DNA of 64,000 bases from NCBI RefSeq assembly GCF_036321535.1, contig NC_087447.1, positions 39,744,001 through 39,808,000 of the forward strand. Direction: 5' to 3'. Numbering within the stretch: position 1 is the stretch's first letter; the number at the start of each line of letters is the position of its first letter. The notes below the pieces were generated by a model that had not been told where the DNA came from, did not search any database, and was given only the letters and a program-made list of their open reading frames with translations. The stretch comes from Camelus dromedarius (taxonomy: Eukaryota). The position numbers were made by a program, and so were the translations under genes. This document shows, piece after piece, positions 13,521 to 26,949 of this stretch.

Positions 13521-14729
13521 ACTGAAGCTGTGTGGGTGCAGGAAGGTGAATGGGCCTCACAGGAGGAGGCTGGGCCAGAGGCAAAACAGTCAAAGACCTG
13601 ACAGCCTTTTGGCATTTTTATATCTGAGAGCTAGGGCAGTGATTTGCTCCAGTAAGAAGCTTGAATAATTGGATAAAGGGAGGGAGAGAGGGTGAAAGGG
13701 TAAATAGACAGGTGGATGAGCAGATGGATGGACGGGCAGGTGGAAGACTTTTGAGGAGGACAAGAATGATTCCATGAAGAAATAAATTAAGAAGACTGCC
13801 CTTATGGAAGGCTTTTATGCACAGTGTCCCTCAAAAGATGCAAACTGCCCAGAGGACCTGGAAATGGGCAGCCCATGTTTAGCCCAGGATACCCTAATTA
13901 CACCTGCAGGCCTAGCACTGCAGTGGCTGAGGGACCACGGGGGAGAAAGGTGTTGGGAGGGCATGGAGAGGGGAGTCAAGAAGAGACGGAGGTTGGCACA
14001 TTCAACCCTGGGGAAGTGAGACCAGGAAACCTGCTGCAGCCTGACCAGGAGTCAGGGACCCCTTCTGCTCACCTCCTCCTCCCTGAGGGCTACTACTTCC
14101 TAACTCACGCAGCACCACCACCACCAGCCTGTCGTGCTTCACTGTGCCCACATCGATTGTGCCCTTTGTTACACGTGTTTCCATCTCTTGCTGCACGTTA
14201 AGCTCCTTGACAGCAGGATCCTACCTGCCTTGTTCTGTGTTCTGTCTCCAGTGCCTAGAACACTGCCTGGACAGACAAGGTGCTCACTCTTTACTGCATG
14301 AATGAATTGCTGCAATCAATGCATTCTCACTGTGGGCACCGTGCTGCCCTCCATAAGCATCTGCTATCCAGTTTATTATAACAACGTCCCTCACTCCAAA
14401 CTCTTCGGAGAACAGCCCCTGGCATCTCAGACTCCTGCCACAAGTGGGTGCCCAGTGATGTCTGCACAGTACTTTCACGAAAGACACATATACAATTCCA
14501 TCCTTTTTATTTAATGAATTATTAACGCTTTATTATTTGTTTGCTCATTCCTGTTGCACAGGCTTAGGAAGAGGAGGGAAAAAAGGTGTTGCAGTATTGG
14601 ACTTCTAAAAGGTATAAAAAGCTCCCATTTAAAAAGGGAAATCAAAAAGGTTCCAGGAAGTCCAAAACCCCCTCTCCAAAAAATCCATGTTGGTTGGCTT
14701 TCTCAAAATTAACTATCTCTAAATAGAGT

Positions 14730-15400
14730 AAAGTCTATAAAAGTATTGAATCACTATGTTGTACACCTGTAACTAATATTATAAATCAACTATACATCAA
14801 TTAAAAAATAAATAATGAAAATTATCTATTTTTTCTGGTTTCCCACTTAATGAACAGTTCAAACAATACCAAATGTATGAGGTGGAAAATGAGAGTCCTT
14901 CGTATAATTCTAAAACCTAAATAAGTGATCGCTATTAGCATTTGATATGAATTCTCCCCTCCAAAATTAATGCACACAAAATTATATAATTATGCACTCA
15001 TTTTATACACAAATATATACTGAAAATAGGATCACGCTATACAAACTGATCTGTAATCTAACTTTCTCACGTCAGTCTTTGCCATCTTTCCATAACAATA
15101 CACAAGCTGATCTCATCACTTTAAGAGCTTTATAACATTCACCATGGTTTTACTGGAGTTTATTCTACTATTCCTTTATCAATGAATGTTTTAAAGCCCC
15201 AGTATGACACCACACTAAACAGTATGGTGAGGAACACTTATACAATCCTTTCCTCAGGATAACTTTTGTGCAGTAAAACTACCCAGTCACAGAGTATGCG
15301 CATTTGAGTTTTAATCCCTGCTGACAAAATTCCTGCCAGAAAAGCTACACAATGTAGACTCCCGCCAGTAGTATATATAATTCCACCTCTGCCCCCACAC
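14730..15400. mobile_element. Short L1 3' tail (+) next to an older degenerate L1 fragment (-)
   Basis: ttgaatcactatgttgtacacctg...aatcaactatacatcaattaaaaaa, followed by weak L1M-like sequence. Confidence 0.55.
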
Positions 15401-18400
15401 CTCAATCAAGGGTGTTTTTGATCAGTGGAGCTAATACCTTCAGCAGGATAAAGTCTATGACCCTCAGCACCAATCCATAATCACCTCACCAATTCTGCCT
15501 CTTCAAGGAAAGCAGGCGTGGTTCTAGGGCTCCAGTGCCCTGCCAAGGTCAACTCTGGCTGCACAAGAGGCAGACGTGGCTGCACAGACCTCAGATGAAG
15601 ACTGCTATTCCACAGAGAGGGCCTGAGCTCCGGGTGCTGACCACAAAGCAAAGCAGCCACGGGCAGTGTCCTTTGTCAACACTCAGAGAGCCTGCAGCTT
15701 CGGCATGACAGACCCTAGGAAGGAGCAGCCGCTGCAGCAAATATGTAGACCCCCACACATCACTCCTGTCCTCTAAGGGACTCTGGGAGCAGCCACAGCA
15801 GAGCTAGGGCCAAGAGCACAGACTCTAACAATAGGAAAGAAAGTTCTCCAAAGTAAAGCCCACTGCCACCAACCAGTGTAACCAAAGATTTCATGGAGCC
15901 CGTATCCTCAGGGAAACTGTTCTTCATTTATATATTTTCACTAGGAATACTGATCAACGCTTTGAGCATCAAAACTTTTGATTTTTTTGAAGATTATTTC
16001 TACAATTCTTCCCTGACTTCTTAAACAGACTTCATTAGACAGAAGCATGCTCCTTCTAAAGGTTCATAGTCATATTATGAACACCCAGCATCCTACACCC
16101 ACAGGGGTGGTGACCACTCAAAACAACAGGGCAATGAGGGCTAAAGAACCCTAGTTTAATATGCTTTTTAAATGTGCCTACTCTTGTGTTTGTCTCTTCC
16201 CATAGTATCAGCTATCAGCTTCTCCCTCTCTCTGACAGATGCCCCTTCTCCACTTTAGAGCCATAAATGGTCCCCTCCAGCCATTTATGCTGTGGGAAGT
16301 AGAAATTAAGCAGGTAAGAATTGCAAATACATTAAGAATAAACAGGCAAAGCAGAGAAATCACTGCAAACACCGCTGAGGGATGGAGCTAAGCTTGGGAA
16401 GTTCGCCTGTGAGCGAAGCAGCTAAGTTCTGGTGCACAGACTTTGTGAAGACTCATTCAAGGGTCATCGTTACACAGAACATGTACCTTAAAATGGCCCG
16501 CAGATAGCTCTATCACGTTCTCGGGTGGAGGAATTTTGTTTTTGACACATAGAGGCAGGCTGCTGGTTGGCTGCCAAAGGAAAAAGCATGAGAAGGAGTG
16601 AAGAGTGAGTGTAAGGTCTCAGGTCCAGGGTTTTTGAAAAAACACATCCGCTGCTTCCCTCCATAGAAAGTGAGACAGATATCTAGTCACACAAGCACAG
16701 CACCACAAACAAACAAGCCTTCTGCTGGCATGCTTCTGCTAAAAAAAATTTAAAAGTGTTGCAAACATTATCACTGCTTTCCCTTACTTAAGCTTTCTGG
16801 AAAACCTCCAACTAGCCAATAATTTGGAGCCAACAAGTTTTATAAACCAAAACTCTCTTCCTAGGCATAGCCACTGAGATCTACAAGTGTCGCACTGCAT
16901 GGTGAAACAAGTGCAGGGGTCAAGGTCAAGAGACGACCTTGGATGAATCATATGCCTCTTTCTCAGTTCAGTTTTCCCATCCGCATAAAATGGGGGTGAC
17001 ACCTGCTCTTCTCCGGAAAAAGAGAACCAACGTGGGAAGTGTGAGGACACACGTCTGTGACCACCACTACTCTGACGGGTCAGCCTGGCTGGAGTGTTCA
17101 TGAACCACAGGACACGTGCACAAGGAGTGTCCCATCTGGTCCAGCCACACCAAGGGATCTTGAGAGTCCTAGAAGGAGCCAGGCAGGAGAGGAGCTCAAT
17201 GACAAACTCCCAGTTCAATACGGCAGCTGCAGTCCAGAAGCTCCATGGTCAGCTTCAGAGATATGGCAATGGTCTGTAACAGCAGAATCACCCTCAGTCA
17301 AAAGAATCCTTACATATGGTCTCCCTATATAAAGCCGATAAAAAGTGGTATCCAAATTTCTCAACTATTTAATTTATAGTATTTACTTAATATGAATACA
17401 ATGAGGCTGCTCTCATGAACGTAAGATTAAATTACAAATGAAGCCCTTTTATTTTTCCTATGATAACCAGAAAGTCCTGACTCACAAATAGGGCAAATGG
17501 AATCTATTTAATTTTTTTACTTGCAGCCTCAGGAATCCATTCAGTTAAACTAATCAGAAACCTATACGCAGGGCAATAGGAAATTTTTATTTCAAGGTGG
17601 ATAACATTTCTCATCAGGAAATGTTCAGTTCAGAGGGAGCAAGGAGTGGTTTCACCAGCCAGTTTAAGCTTTTATTTGTGGAGGAAAGCACTGTTAAAAT
17701 GCATCTTAGAACATAATTCAATGTTCAGTGAGGTCAGATCTAAAAATCCCCAGATACTCGGTACCAGGCTCTGACAGATATTTATGCAAAATTTCAAGAG
17801 TCTAATTTATTTTGTTTCACACGCTAAGTTCAAACTAAGTTTCAATTTCACCACTGACACTCGACCAGCCTTTGTAAATACACATGGTGAGAACACAAGC
17901 CCATATTGCCTAACAGCGCTCACTCAATTTATTGTAAAAGTTTCAGCAAGATATACAAGTTAGGGTACCAAATTATATTTGAGAGATTTAGGTAATGGAG
18001 TTTGTCAGCTGATGTAAAAAAACTGATTTATCGCCACATCTGAAATATCTGTAGCTCAACCTTTCCTTGGGTGGTCAACACACTGTAGTATGAAAAAGTA
18101 AACTCCTAAGAATTATTATCCACATCATTACAAATAACTCATAAAAATGAAGACAATGTCTTTGTACAATGTGCACACTGTATATTACATGTATAACATC
18201 ATTCTGGAAGGTTATCTACTGAGCAAGTGGAATTCTGTATATACAACACACAACTTCTGGTAATAGCTGGCATACAAACCAGCATTTCGGCAATTTCTGC
18301 TGCCACTGTTCTCTCAATATAAGATGAAAATTTCTTCACCTTTGTGTGTGTCAAGTATTTGAAAGAACTGGTCTCTATCACGTTTGCCTGGATAAACAGA

Positions 18401-19089
18401 CACAAATGCAAGCAAGTTGACAACACACCATCCAGAGTCCCACTGAGGTGGAGCGTAAAGGCATGTGTGTAATCTACCAGCCCTGGCACTTTCACTGACA
18501 GGGGGTGGGGGGCACATTTGGTTCTTCTCTGTCACACAGCTCTATCATGACACCCACTAGTTCCACGGGCCTGCGAGGTGAGGACTGTGACGCTCGCTAC
18601 AAGTCCATGTTCCATGTCAGGCACATCTTAGTGGTGGAATTCCAGGACTCTGAAAAACAGGGTAAAACCCTGGGATCTAGGAACATGTGAGAAGACACAG
18701 AGGACCTGCTGGTTCTCAACAACAGAAAGGACTAGAAAGAAGAAATGTGGATTCCCAGAGAGCTTCTGTCAGCTCAGCCCCTGCCTCTGCCCTCAAGCCA
18801 AGCAACAAGTGCAGCCCAGTCTCCCCTTCCCTCCCTCCCAGAGGATGGAGGCTCCTCCCACTCACCTGCCCACTCACATCAATTCAGCCACCCCACAGAC
18901 ATCCACTGGATCTCCACTTTGCAAGGCATATGCATGGTGTGTTTCCATTAACATAAATTTATTTTATTTTGGAGATATCAAAAATGAGTGACCATCACCA
19001 GAACCAGGAGTCACTTCTGTTAATCTGACAGTTACAGCACTTGGCAAATGTCAACTATTACTATCACATGCAAGTACTGTGACTTGTGC

Positions 19090-19480
19090 AAGCATGTTTT
19101 GAGCTTCTGTGTACCAGGCAGGATACACAGATAAGATCCAGTTCCTGCCTTCAAGGGGCTGCTCAGAGGGAGAGAACGGAACAAATCTACATATATAGGA
19201 CAATATGGTTAATGCCAAGGCAGAGTAACAGTATGGGGGACCAGGGGAAAGGAAAGAAGGCTTGGTTACACTATCCTGCAGGAGCTGGGAAGGCTTCTGT
19301 GAAGAGATGCACGTTCTTCTCTTTAGCGAAGAAGAGGTGAACAACAGCAAGAAGGTATCCCAGGTGGACGCAGGTGGAAGAGAAGGCAGGAGAGACAGTT
19401 GAGTGTGGCTGAAATAGCGGAATACTGGGTAGAAGCGGCAGCCAGGAGGTTGGGAGAAAAGACCAAGGCTTTCTTCCCAG
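19090..19480 (-). mobile_element. L2 LINE fragment
   Basis: tgtgtaccaggca...cagttcctgccttcaaggggct...ggaaggcttct pattern typical of antisense L2. Confidence 0.55.
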
Positions 19481-20068
19481 CAGAGTTGGTGTGATTCAGG
19501 TCGCCTGGTCTCAGACACCTCAATCATCTGCAGTGGAAAGAGTAGCTCCTCCAGCAACTCCACACACCAGACTGAGTGGTCACGCTGCACCTTCACTGCG
19601 CTGGGCCGGAGGCTAGTCCAGTAGTCCTCTGGCCTAGACACATGGAAGGGAGCTCCCAAAACAAACCAACTCAGCCATAGTAGAAGATGAATATAATACA
19701 TGTCTCTGACTTGGCAGGAGTCTAGTTCCTCTAAGAGAAGTCTTACCATGCTCTAAAATCCATGCAGTTTTTTAAAAGCACATCCAAGGCCACTCTGCTT
19801 CTAGGGGATTTGGGGTTTTAGCCAATTTGCTCATAAGACGGCTGTGCAAATTTGCACTATCCCATGAGTCTGGGTTTGAAATGGAGGGGCAGGGTCTCAG
19901 CTGTAACAGTGAAGAATTTTTAACAAAAAGCAGAAATCGGAGTCCATGCAATAAATAGCTGCTCTTGAAGGTAAACTCAACGCTGGGCACTGCTCACCCA
20001 CCTCTCCAAGGAATGCAAAAACTAAATCTCAATGGCCCCGGTTTCACTCACTCCACAGATATATTCTG

Positions 20069-20179
20069 GCTTTTGGGGGGGGGGGTGATTAAGTATTTTA
20101 TATAGAAGTACTGGGGGTTGAAACCAGGACCTCGTGCATGCTAAGCATGCGCTGTCACTGAACTATATAACCTCCCCCA
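20069..20179 (-). mobile_element. tRNA-Ala-derived camelid-type SINE (Vic-1-like)
   Basis: Minus GGGGAGG..TAGTTCAGTG..GCATGCTTAGCATGCACGAGGTCCTGG; TSD acagata[t/c]attctg at 20055-20068 and 20180-20193. Confidence 0.85.
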
Positions 20180-20849
20180 ACAGATACATTCTGTATGCCC
20201 GTTATATATGCAAAGCACCATGGAGACGACAAAGATGTGCAAGCGCAGCCCAAACTCTGAAAGAGCTTACAGTTTAGGAGGAAGGTAAAAGCCAGTAAAA
20301 CATGCTGGATGGTGAAAATGCCATTAAGACACTGACAGACCAAAGGAAGTGAGTTCCCTTCCAGTACAGAAGGAAGAGACTTCCTGAAGGAGTCAGGTGT
20401 AGAGAAATCAAGGAGGTTTTAACAGACAAAACAGATGGAAAATTTGGTCCTCTTTTCCGAGTGCTTGCTATGCATCACTTCCATCCCACAACAAAGCAGC
20501 ATACCAGTGCCTTCATCCCAATGGACTGGGCACGGAAACGCCAGGCTCAGCAAGCACAATGTCACACACGTCATGGGTGTCAGGCAGAGCCAAGAACTAA
20601 CACCCTCGTTCTCTGCTAAGGGAAGCCTTCCTTGGAGTAGGAATGGCATGAGTCCAGACCACCTGCGATACAAGAGTCCAATTTGTAGGAAGGACACCTT
20701 GTAGGACACTTGGCTGGAAAGATACACTGATACCACACCACGGGGGCCTCGTCTACCAGGCCTAGGAGAATGCACTTGTTGACTGGGTGATGGAGCACGT
20801 AGGGAAGAGGAGGCCTTTGAGAAATGAGTCTGGGATCAGGTATAGCGGC

Positions 20850-21080
20850 TGAGAGTCACTGGGGCTCAAGCCAGTCTGGGTTTAAAATCCCAGCTCTGAC
20901 ACCTACCAGGTGCATAACTTTGGACAAGGCTTTCATTTCTCTGTGTCTCCACTTCCTTGTCTATTAGCTGAGGATGATAATACTACCTACTTCACAGAAT
21001 TATTGTGAAACTAAATGAACTGCAAAACAATAAGAATCGTGCCACCCTTAGAAACTGCTACAGAAGTATTATTGGATAAC
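20850..21080 (+). mobile_element. MIR SINE
   Basis: tctgggtttaaaatcccagctctg...ctttggacaag...tctctgtgtctc...ataatactacctacttcacag. Confidence 0.7.
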
Positions 21081-24000
21081 GATGGTGATGATGAAGCGGC
21101 CACTTAATCAGATGGGACACCCTGACATTGGGAGATTATCCCAGAGACGACTGGAGTATTCCAGACACGAGGGTGGTAGCAGCTTCAGGGGGGATGGGAA
21201 AGAAGCAAAGATCTGAGACATCAGAGAACTTGGAAGGCAGAGATAGGCTCGCAGCCTGGAGAGGCGGTGCTGCTGAAGGGGCTGCTCAGCTGTAAAAGCA
21301 CTTGACAAAGACTCAGAGGCCCCCCTGCTGCACTCAGACACTCACTCACCCAGGTGCATGAGCCTCAAATCTTCCATCTCTAAAATGGAGCCAAGGGTCT
21401 TTACCCTTTCGACTCTCAGCATTGCTCTGAGGAGCAAACAGGACAGTGGCCTGGCCACAGGATGTAAGACATAAAGCACTGTACAGACGGGAAGCATGAA
21501 GAGAGGGGGTTGTAATGAGGGGCTAGTCTGGGGACGAGCCCAGGGAAAGAGAGGAACTCTGCTTAACCTTGTCCACGGCGTTCCTGGAGAGGAAGACTGA
21601 GAGTCAATTCCAACACCCTTGCCCTGCACAGCTGCAGGCTGGTACCAGCCCAGGACCAGTGTTATCTGAGGCTGCCATGGCTCTGAGGGTAGAACACACC
21701 AAGGGTCTACTTCAGGGGGCAGCAGATCAGCAGTGCTGACAGCGGAATTCACCATTCCAGGACACACCAGAGATAAAACGAAGCCCATACAGAAACCTGT
21801 GGGCTTTACCTCCTCCAGCTCTCCAACTATAAAGCCTGTTTGCAGATCAAAAGAAGGGTTCTGGAGCCAGCCAGGGACAGGCTGAGAAAACCAGCCCCCA
21901 AGGGCTGCAGCAGCCCGCCCTCCAGCAGTTTGCCTTCCATTACAGCCAAGTGTTTGTTTACATTTCCTGCATTATCTCGTCACTCCCTGGATGGGATTTC
22001 TTACATGTTGAGCATAGTCTATACACTCCAGGAGACCAGCAGCTTGCACTTCCTAACCATTTCTCTTTATTTCGGCTTTGCCAGAACTCAGGACCCCCAG
22101 CCCTGAGTCTCTTTCGGGCAGACCCTACACCTCCCCATCGCATCATCCACCCCAGTAGGTTGGACCAGTCCCTGTAACACAACTCTCTCTCCCACCACCC
22201 TAGAGTTCCTTGAACTAGCCTAGAGTTCTCAACCGTCTCTGAACCCCCACCACCCAACACAGACCCAGGCATAAAATGAATTGAAATTTCACCCCATCTT
22301 TTGGAACCAAAGACAGTGAGAACCCATTGGCACATCCACTACAATTACTCAACTTTGCCCCTTATTCAAAAAAGACTTTTAACATAGGAGAACCTCATGT
22401 ACTCAAGACTCTGTTTGGTTTTCCAAAAATCTGATTTCCCAAATCAAAAAAAAAAAGAGAGAGAGAGAGACAGAGAGATCTAATTTAGGTTTTTGATCTT
22501 AGCTTGTGTTTTACTTTACAATTTTGTTTTGTTTGATACATGGCTGTTAAAGTAAAAGCCCTTATCATTCCAAAATACGGCTACTAAATTCAAACCACTC
22601 CCAAATTGTGCCTTCTCCCTCCAACCAACTTTTCTGGCTGACTTTTAACAGTTTTAAAGTTGATAGAAGAACTAGAGGAAGCCCTTTATTTAAAGAAAGG
22701 AAAAAAGATCTAAGTAAACAGTTTCCAGTGTTCTCTAAGAACTCAGACTCAAAGAACACAATCTGTCTACACAAGGATAAATGCAGTTTTATTAAAGAAA
22801 ACACAACAGGCTTACACACACTCTTCAAATAGTGTACACTGTACACACGAAGAAGCAAACACAAACTCAAAGGGGGTGGGACAACAGGGTCACCGGTGGG
22901 GGACTGCAATGGTTTTTGCTCAAAAGCTGAACTATAAGGCTGGCCTGTGCTACATACAGACTTGCTCTGTCTTTCTCAAGGTAATCGCAAACAAACGGGA
23001 GCTCAAGGGGAGCTCAAGGGGTTGACCGTGGAGTCCTGCGGGGGAACTACTGTGATTGTTTTCAAAATAATTTCTACTGAAGAAACAATCAACCGAACTA
23101 CTTATAATCTGCAAAACCAAGCCCCTTGGCATCAAATGTGTTAAAGGCCTCCAATAAATACCACGGGAGTTTCCAGTTATTCCAAATATAGACCTGAAAT
23201 CACAAACTATGGAGCAAAAGCAGCCGTGTTTTACATGACGGGCCAACTCCATCCAACTGCCCCATCCCCGAGTCAGTCAAGAAATACAATTTCTAGAAAT
23301 TCTTCCATCACAGGAGGGAAGGTGTTTAAGATCAGCGTGGCTTTTAAGAAAGCTAGCAGAAACTAAAACATACGCAAAACTTATTTCCACTCTACAGATA
23401 AAATGTCACTTTTCTAATCATTTTAAATGTATATTCATACTTTGTTTTCTCTCACTACTTGAGCATGTTTCAAGTACCCGGATGTTAAGAGTTATAACAA
23501 TGAATGAAGATTCTGCTCCCATCCATTGGGCGCTCACAAGTTGGGTATTTGTACCCAAAATGAAAGGGTTTAATAAATGGGCGATGTGAATTTCAGTAAG
23601 GAATCTTTAGTAATAGAAAAAGGTCCAAAGTTCTTTGCAGCAATATTTTATTTTCTCCAGTTAAAAATAATGATAATAATAATAACCTAACCAGAATGAT
23701 CTAACAGGGAAATGCCGCTAAACCCAAAGTGGTGGGATGTGATCCTGGGGCGTTATTTACCAAAGGACCGGCTGGGGGATGAGGCCACGTTAACTATCAT
23801 GCTAACTATCGGCCGCCATCCATCTCCATGCTTCATCATAAATTCATACCACTCTGTCAGCTTTTATGGATCAAAACACTCCAGGCCCATCCTTGATTCA
23901 ATTGGTAGATAACTGTTGCTTCCCCCTCAAAACCACACCTTCACTTAAATCCATCTGAACAATTTTTCAAATGATGGGCTGAGTTCAAATTGAGATCCAA

Positions 24001-24795
24001 GTCCAGATGATCCTACATGAAGCTAATCTTCAACTAGAGGGCCAAAAGCTCTGGATCCTGGGATTTCATTCATTCCAACTCATGTAACAAATATTTATTG
24101 AGCATCAACTGCTAGGGGTTTTCTAAATTGAGCAATTACATTGGCAAATAAAACAGACATGGAACCTTCTCTTGTGGGGCTTACAATCTAGCGTGAGTCA
24201 GTTCATCAACAAACGAATTTTACTTTGGGAAATGAACATGATTCCTGCTAACAGGCAGCTGGGCTGGGAGGAGAGGATAGGCACCCACCAGATGGGACAG
24301 TTAGATTAGGGAGAGTCTCTCTGAAGACAAAAACCTATAGAAGATACATTCTTACAACTTTCAAAACACCTGGTACAAGGATTGGTGTGACTGTTACTGG
24401 AAAACATTCTGAAAAACAAGTATACATCATTTAGAAAAGACAAAATTTTTTTTTTAAATAGTACAAGGCTGAACTAATCTACAAATTTAACAGGACCTCA
24501 ATAAAAAGTCTCTTAAAATTTTTTTGAACTAGACAATGTGTTTCTAAAAGTGAATAGACAGATAAACAAACCTGTGAAAAGGGCCAGGAGAAAATCTTTA
24601 AAATGAGAATAATGAAAAACGAGTAGCTGAATTAGCTAGCAAAACCCATTACAGAGCTCTAGTAATTAAAGCTCCAGGTAGATAACGAAGCATTTGTGAA
24701 TTTAGTGTATGGATCCACAGGGAAAAGATTCAGTGAATAGTGTTAGGACAAGTCAAGCATTAGATTAAAAGGTCTTGATCCCTACTTCACTCTTT

Positions 24796-24928
24796 TTTAA
24801 AATATTATATTTATTTATTGTTTTTGTTTGTTTAGGGAGAGGTAATTAGGTTTATTTATTTTAATGGAGGAATCCAGGATCTCATGCACCCTAAGCATGC
24901 ACCCTACCACTGAGCTATACCCTCCCCA
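24796..24928 (-). mobile_element. Vic-1-like SINE
   Basis: Minus GGGGAGGGTATAGCTCAGTGGTAG...; perfect 14-bp TSD ctacttcactcttt (24782-24795, 24929-24942). Confidence 0.88.
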
Positions 24929-24997
24929 CTACTTCACTCTTTCTACCATATACCAAACAAATTCTCGACATACTCAACTACATAAGGTATAGATGGA

Positions 24998-25080
24998 GGG
25001 TGGGTATAGCTCAGTGGTAGAGCGCATGCTTAGCATGCATGAGATCCAGGGTTCAATTCCCACTACCTCTATTGAAAAAA
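24998..25080 (+). mobile_element. Vic-1-like SINE
   Basis: GGGTATAGCTCAGTGGTAGAGCGCATGCTTAGCATGCATGAG..GGTTCAATTCCC with A and B boxes and an A-rich tail. Confidence 0.88.
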
Positions 25081-25310
25081 GAAGTATATTTTTTTAAGTG
25101 GAAGACTTTTTTCCAATATTTTTGGAGTAACAGTTTTTGCATGCAAATGAAAAGTCTAGAAACCATAAAGAGTTGATAAATCTGATTTAAAATTAATTTC
25201 TGCATGGAAGAGTTATGTAACAGGGAAAGTCAAAAGGCAAATGATAACCCTAGAAAGAATATGGGCAACTGCCCTACCCCACTGTCCCCTGAGGTTCAGC
25301 TGAGACATTA

Positions 25311-25655
25311 GCAGTGCTTCTTAAGTTTTACTGTGCATACTATTCACCTGGAATCATGTTAAAATCAAGATTCTAATTTGGCAGGCCTGGAGGAAGGGTT
25401 GGGGGTCTCAAACTTTGCAACTCTGACGAGCTCCCAAGGAATACCAAGTAGTCAAATTATACAGAACTTCAGAGACATGGGCTAGAACTGATTGAGACTC
25501 AGATACCTCGTAAGAATCACCTGGGAAGGTTTCAGAACCTTCGCCCAAGCCTCACCATTGGACACTCTGATTTAGCAGATCCAAGGTGAACATCAGTATT
25601 TTTGTTTTAAACTCCCCAGGTGACAAAGGTATTCAGCCAGGTCTGAAATCCAGTG
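25311..25655. mobile_element. Two adjacent MER5-like hAT-Charlie fragments
   Basis: tcacctgg...gattctaatt and gaatcacctggg...ttttaaactccccaggtga motifs. Confidence 0.6.
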
Positions 25656-26250
25656 GACAAGAAGAAAGAGTCCCTTCTTGCTCTTTCTGTGCTTTGAATA
25701 CTGCAGAGAGACCTGTCTGAACTGGCAGTTTAAAACCAATCCTTCCCCATCGCCAGACCCCACCTGCCCTCCCCTTCCCACCCCACATCACCTTTCTGCA
25801 GCCTTGTCCTGACACATTCCCCTCTGGCAACAAAGGCTGACAAAAGCAAGGGAGCACAGCAAAGAAGGCCCACAAGCTCGATTAAGTAGCATCCTGGTGA
25901 CGGTTTCCCCAGACACTGTTTAACCATTTACTGGCTGTGTGATTCAGGCAAGCCTAATTGTTTATACTCCAATTCCTCACTTATATAAACCAAGTTGTTG
26001 TGAAGGTTTAAATGAGTTAACCTATTGAAAGAAGTGGGTACATCGTAAAGCATCATATAAACATTAGCTGTTTTTTATTAGATATGTGACATTTGGGAAC
26101 ACACTTGTGTAAGTCGTTCACCTCAGGTCCCCATCCCAAGAACTTTCTACATTGTCCCCCTTTCCTAACCCCTCTCAATTTACAGAAAAAAAAAAAATCT
26201 CCTGGATTCCACTTTCTAACTAAACTTTATGAACAAAACAGGTAGAACAT

Positions 26251-26949
26251 AAAAAATAAAAACAGAACTGCTATATGACCCAGCAATTCCACTCCTGGGT
26301 ATGTGTCTAGAAAAAAACACTAAGTCAAAGATACATGCACCCCGATGTTAACTGCAGCACTATTTATAATTGCAAAGACATGGAAGCAATCTAAGTGTCC
26401 ATCACAGATAAATGGATAAAAAAGATGTGATACACACAAACACACACACACGCACACACACAATGGAATACTACTCAGCCATAAAAAGGTATGAAGTTTT
26501 TGCCATTTGCAGCAACATGGATGGACTTGGAGGGTATTATGCTAATGAAATAAGTCAGATAAAGGAAGACAAATACTGTATGCTATGATTTGTATGTGTA
26601 ATCTAAAAAATACAACAAACTGGTGAATATAACAGAAAAGAAACAGACTCACATATATAGAGAACAAACCAGTGGTTTTACCAGGGGAGAGAGGAAAAGG
26701 GGGAGGGGCGATATAGGAGTGGGGATTAAGAGGTACAAACTATTATGTATAAAATAAGATACAAGGATGTATTGTACAACATGGGAGGCAGAGCCAATAT
26801 TTTATAATTATAAACAAAGTTTACATAACCTTTAAAAATTGTGAATCACTACATTCTACATCTGTAACTTATACAATATTGTATGTTAACTATACTTCAA
26901 TCAAATAGAAGGGAAAAAAGTTCCCAAACTTCTTAGTTAAAAAAGACAA
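26251..26949 (+). mobile_element. 5'-truncated L1 with target-site duplication
   Basis: ORF2 end (tatgacccagcaattccactcctggg) and 3' UTR to aactatacttcaat; TSD aacaaaa[c/t]aggtagaacat at 26232-26250 and 26950-26968. Confidence 0.9.

Noticed and set aside
19051..19749. 232-aa minus-strand ORF
   Set aside because: Overlaps an L2 fragment; no recognisable protein features.
24998..25075. tRNA-Ala(AGC)-like sequence
   Set aside because: No proper acceptor stem, A-rich tail, and four diverged sibling copies in the window: a SINE, not a tRNA gene.
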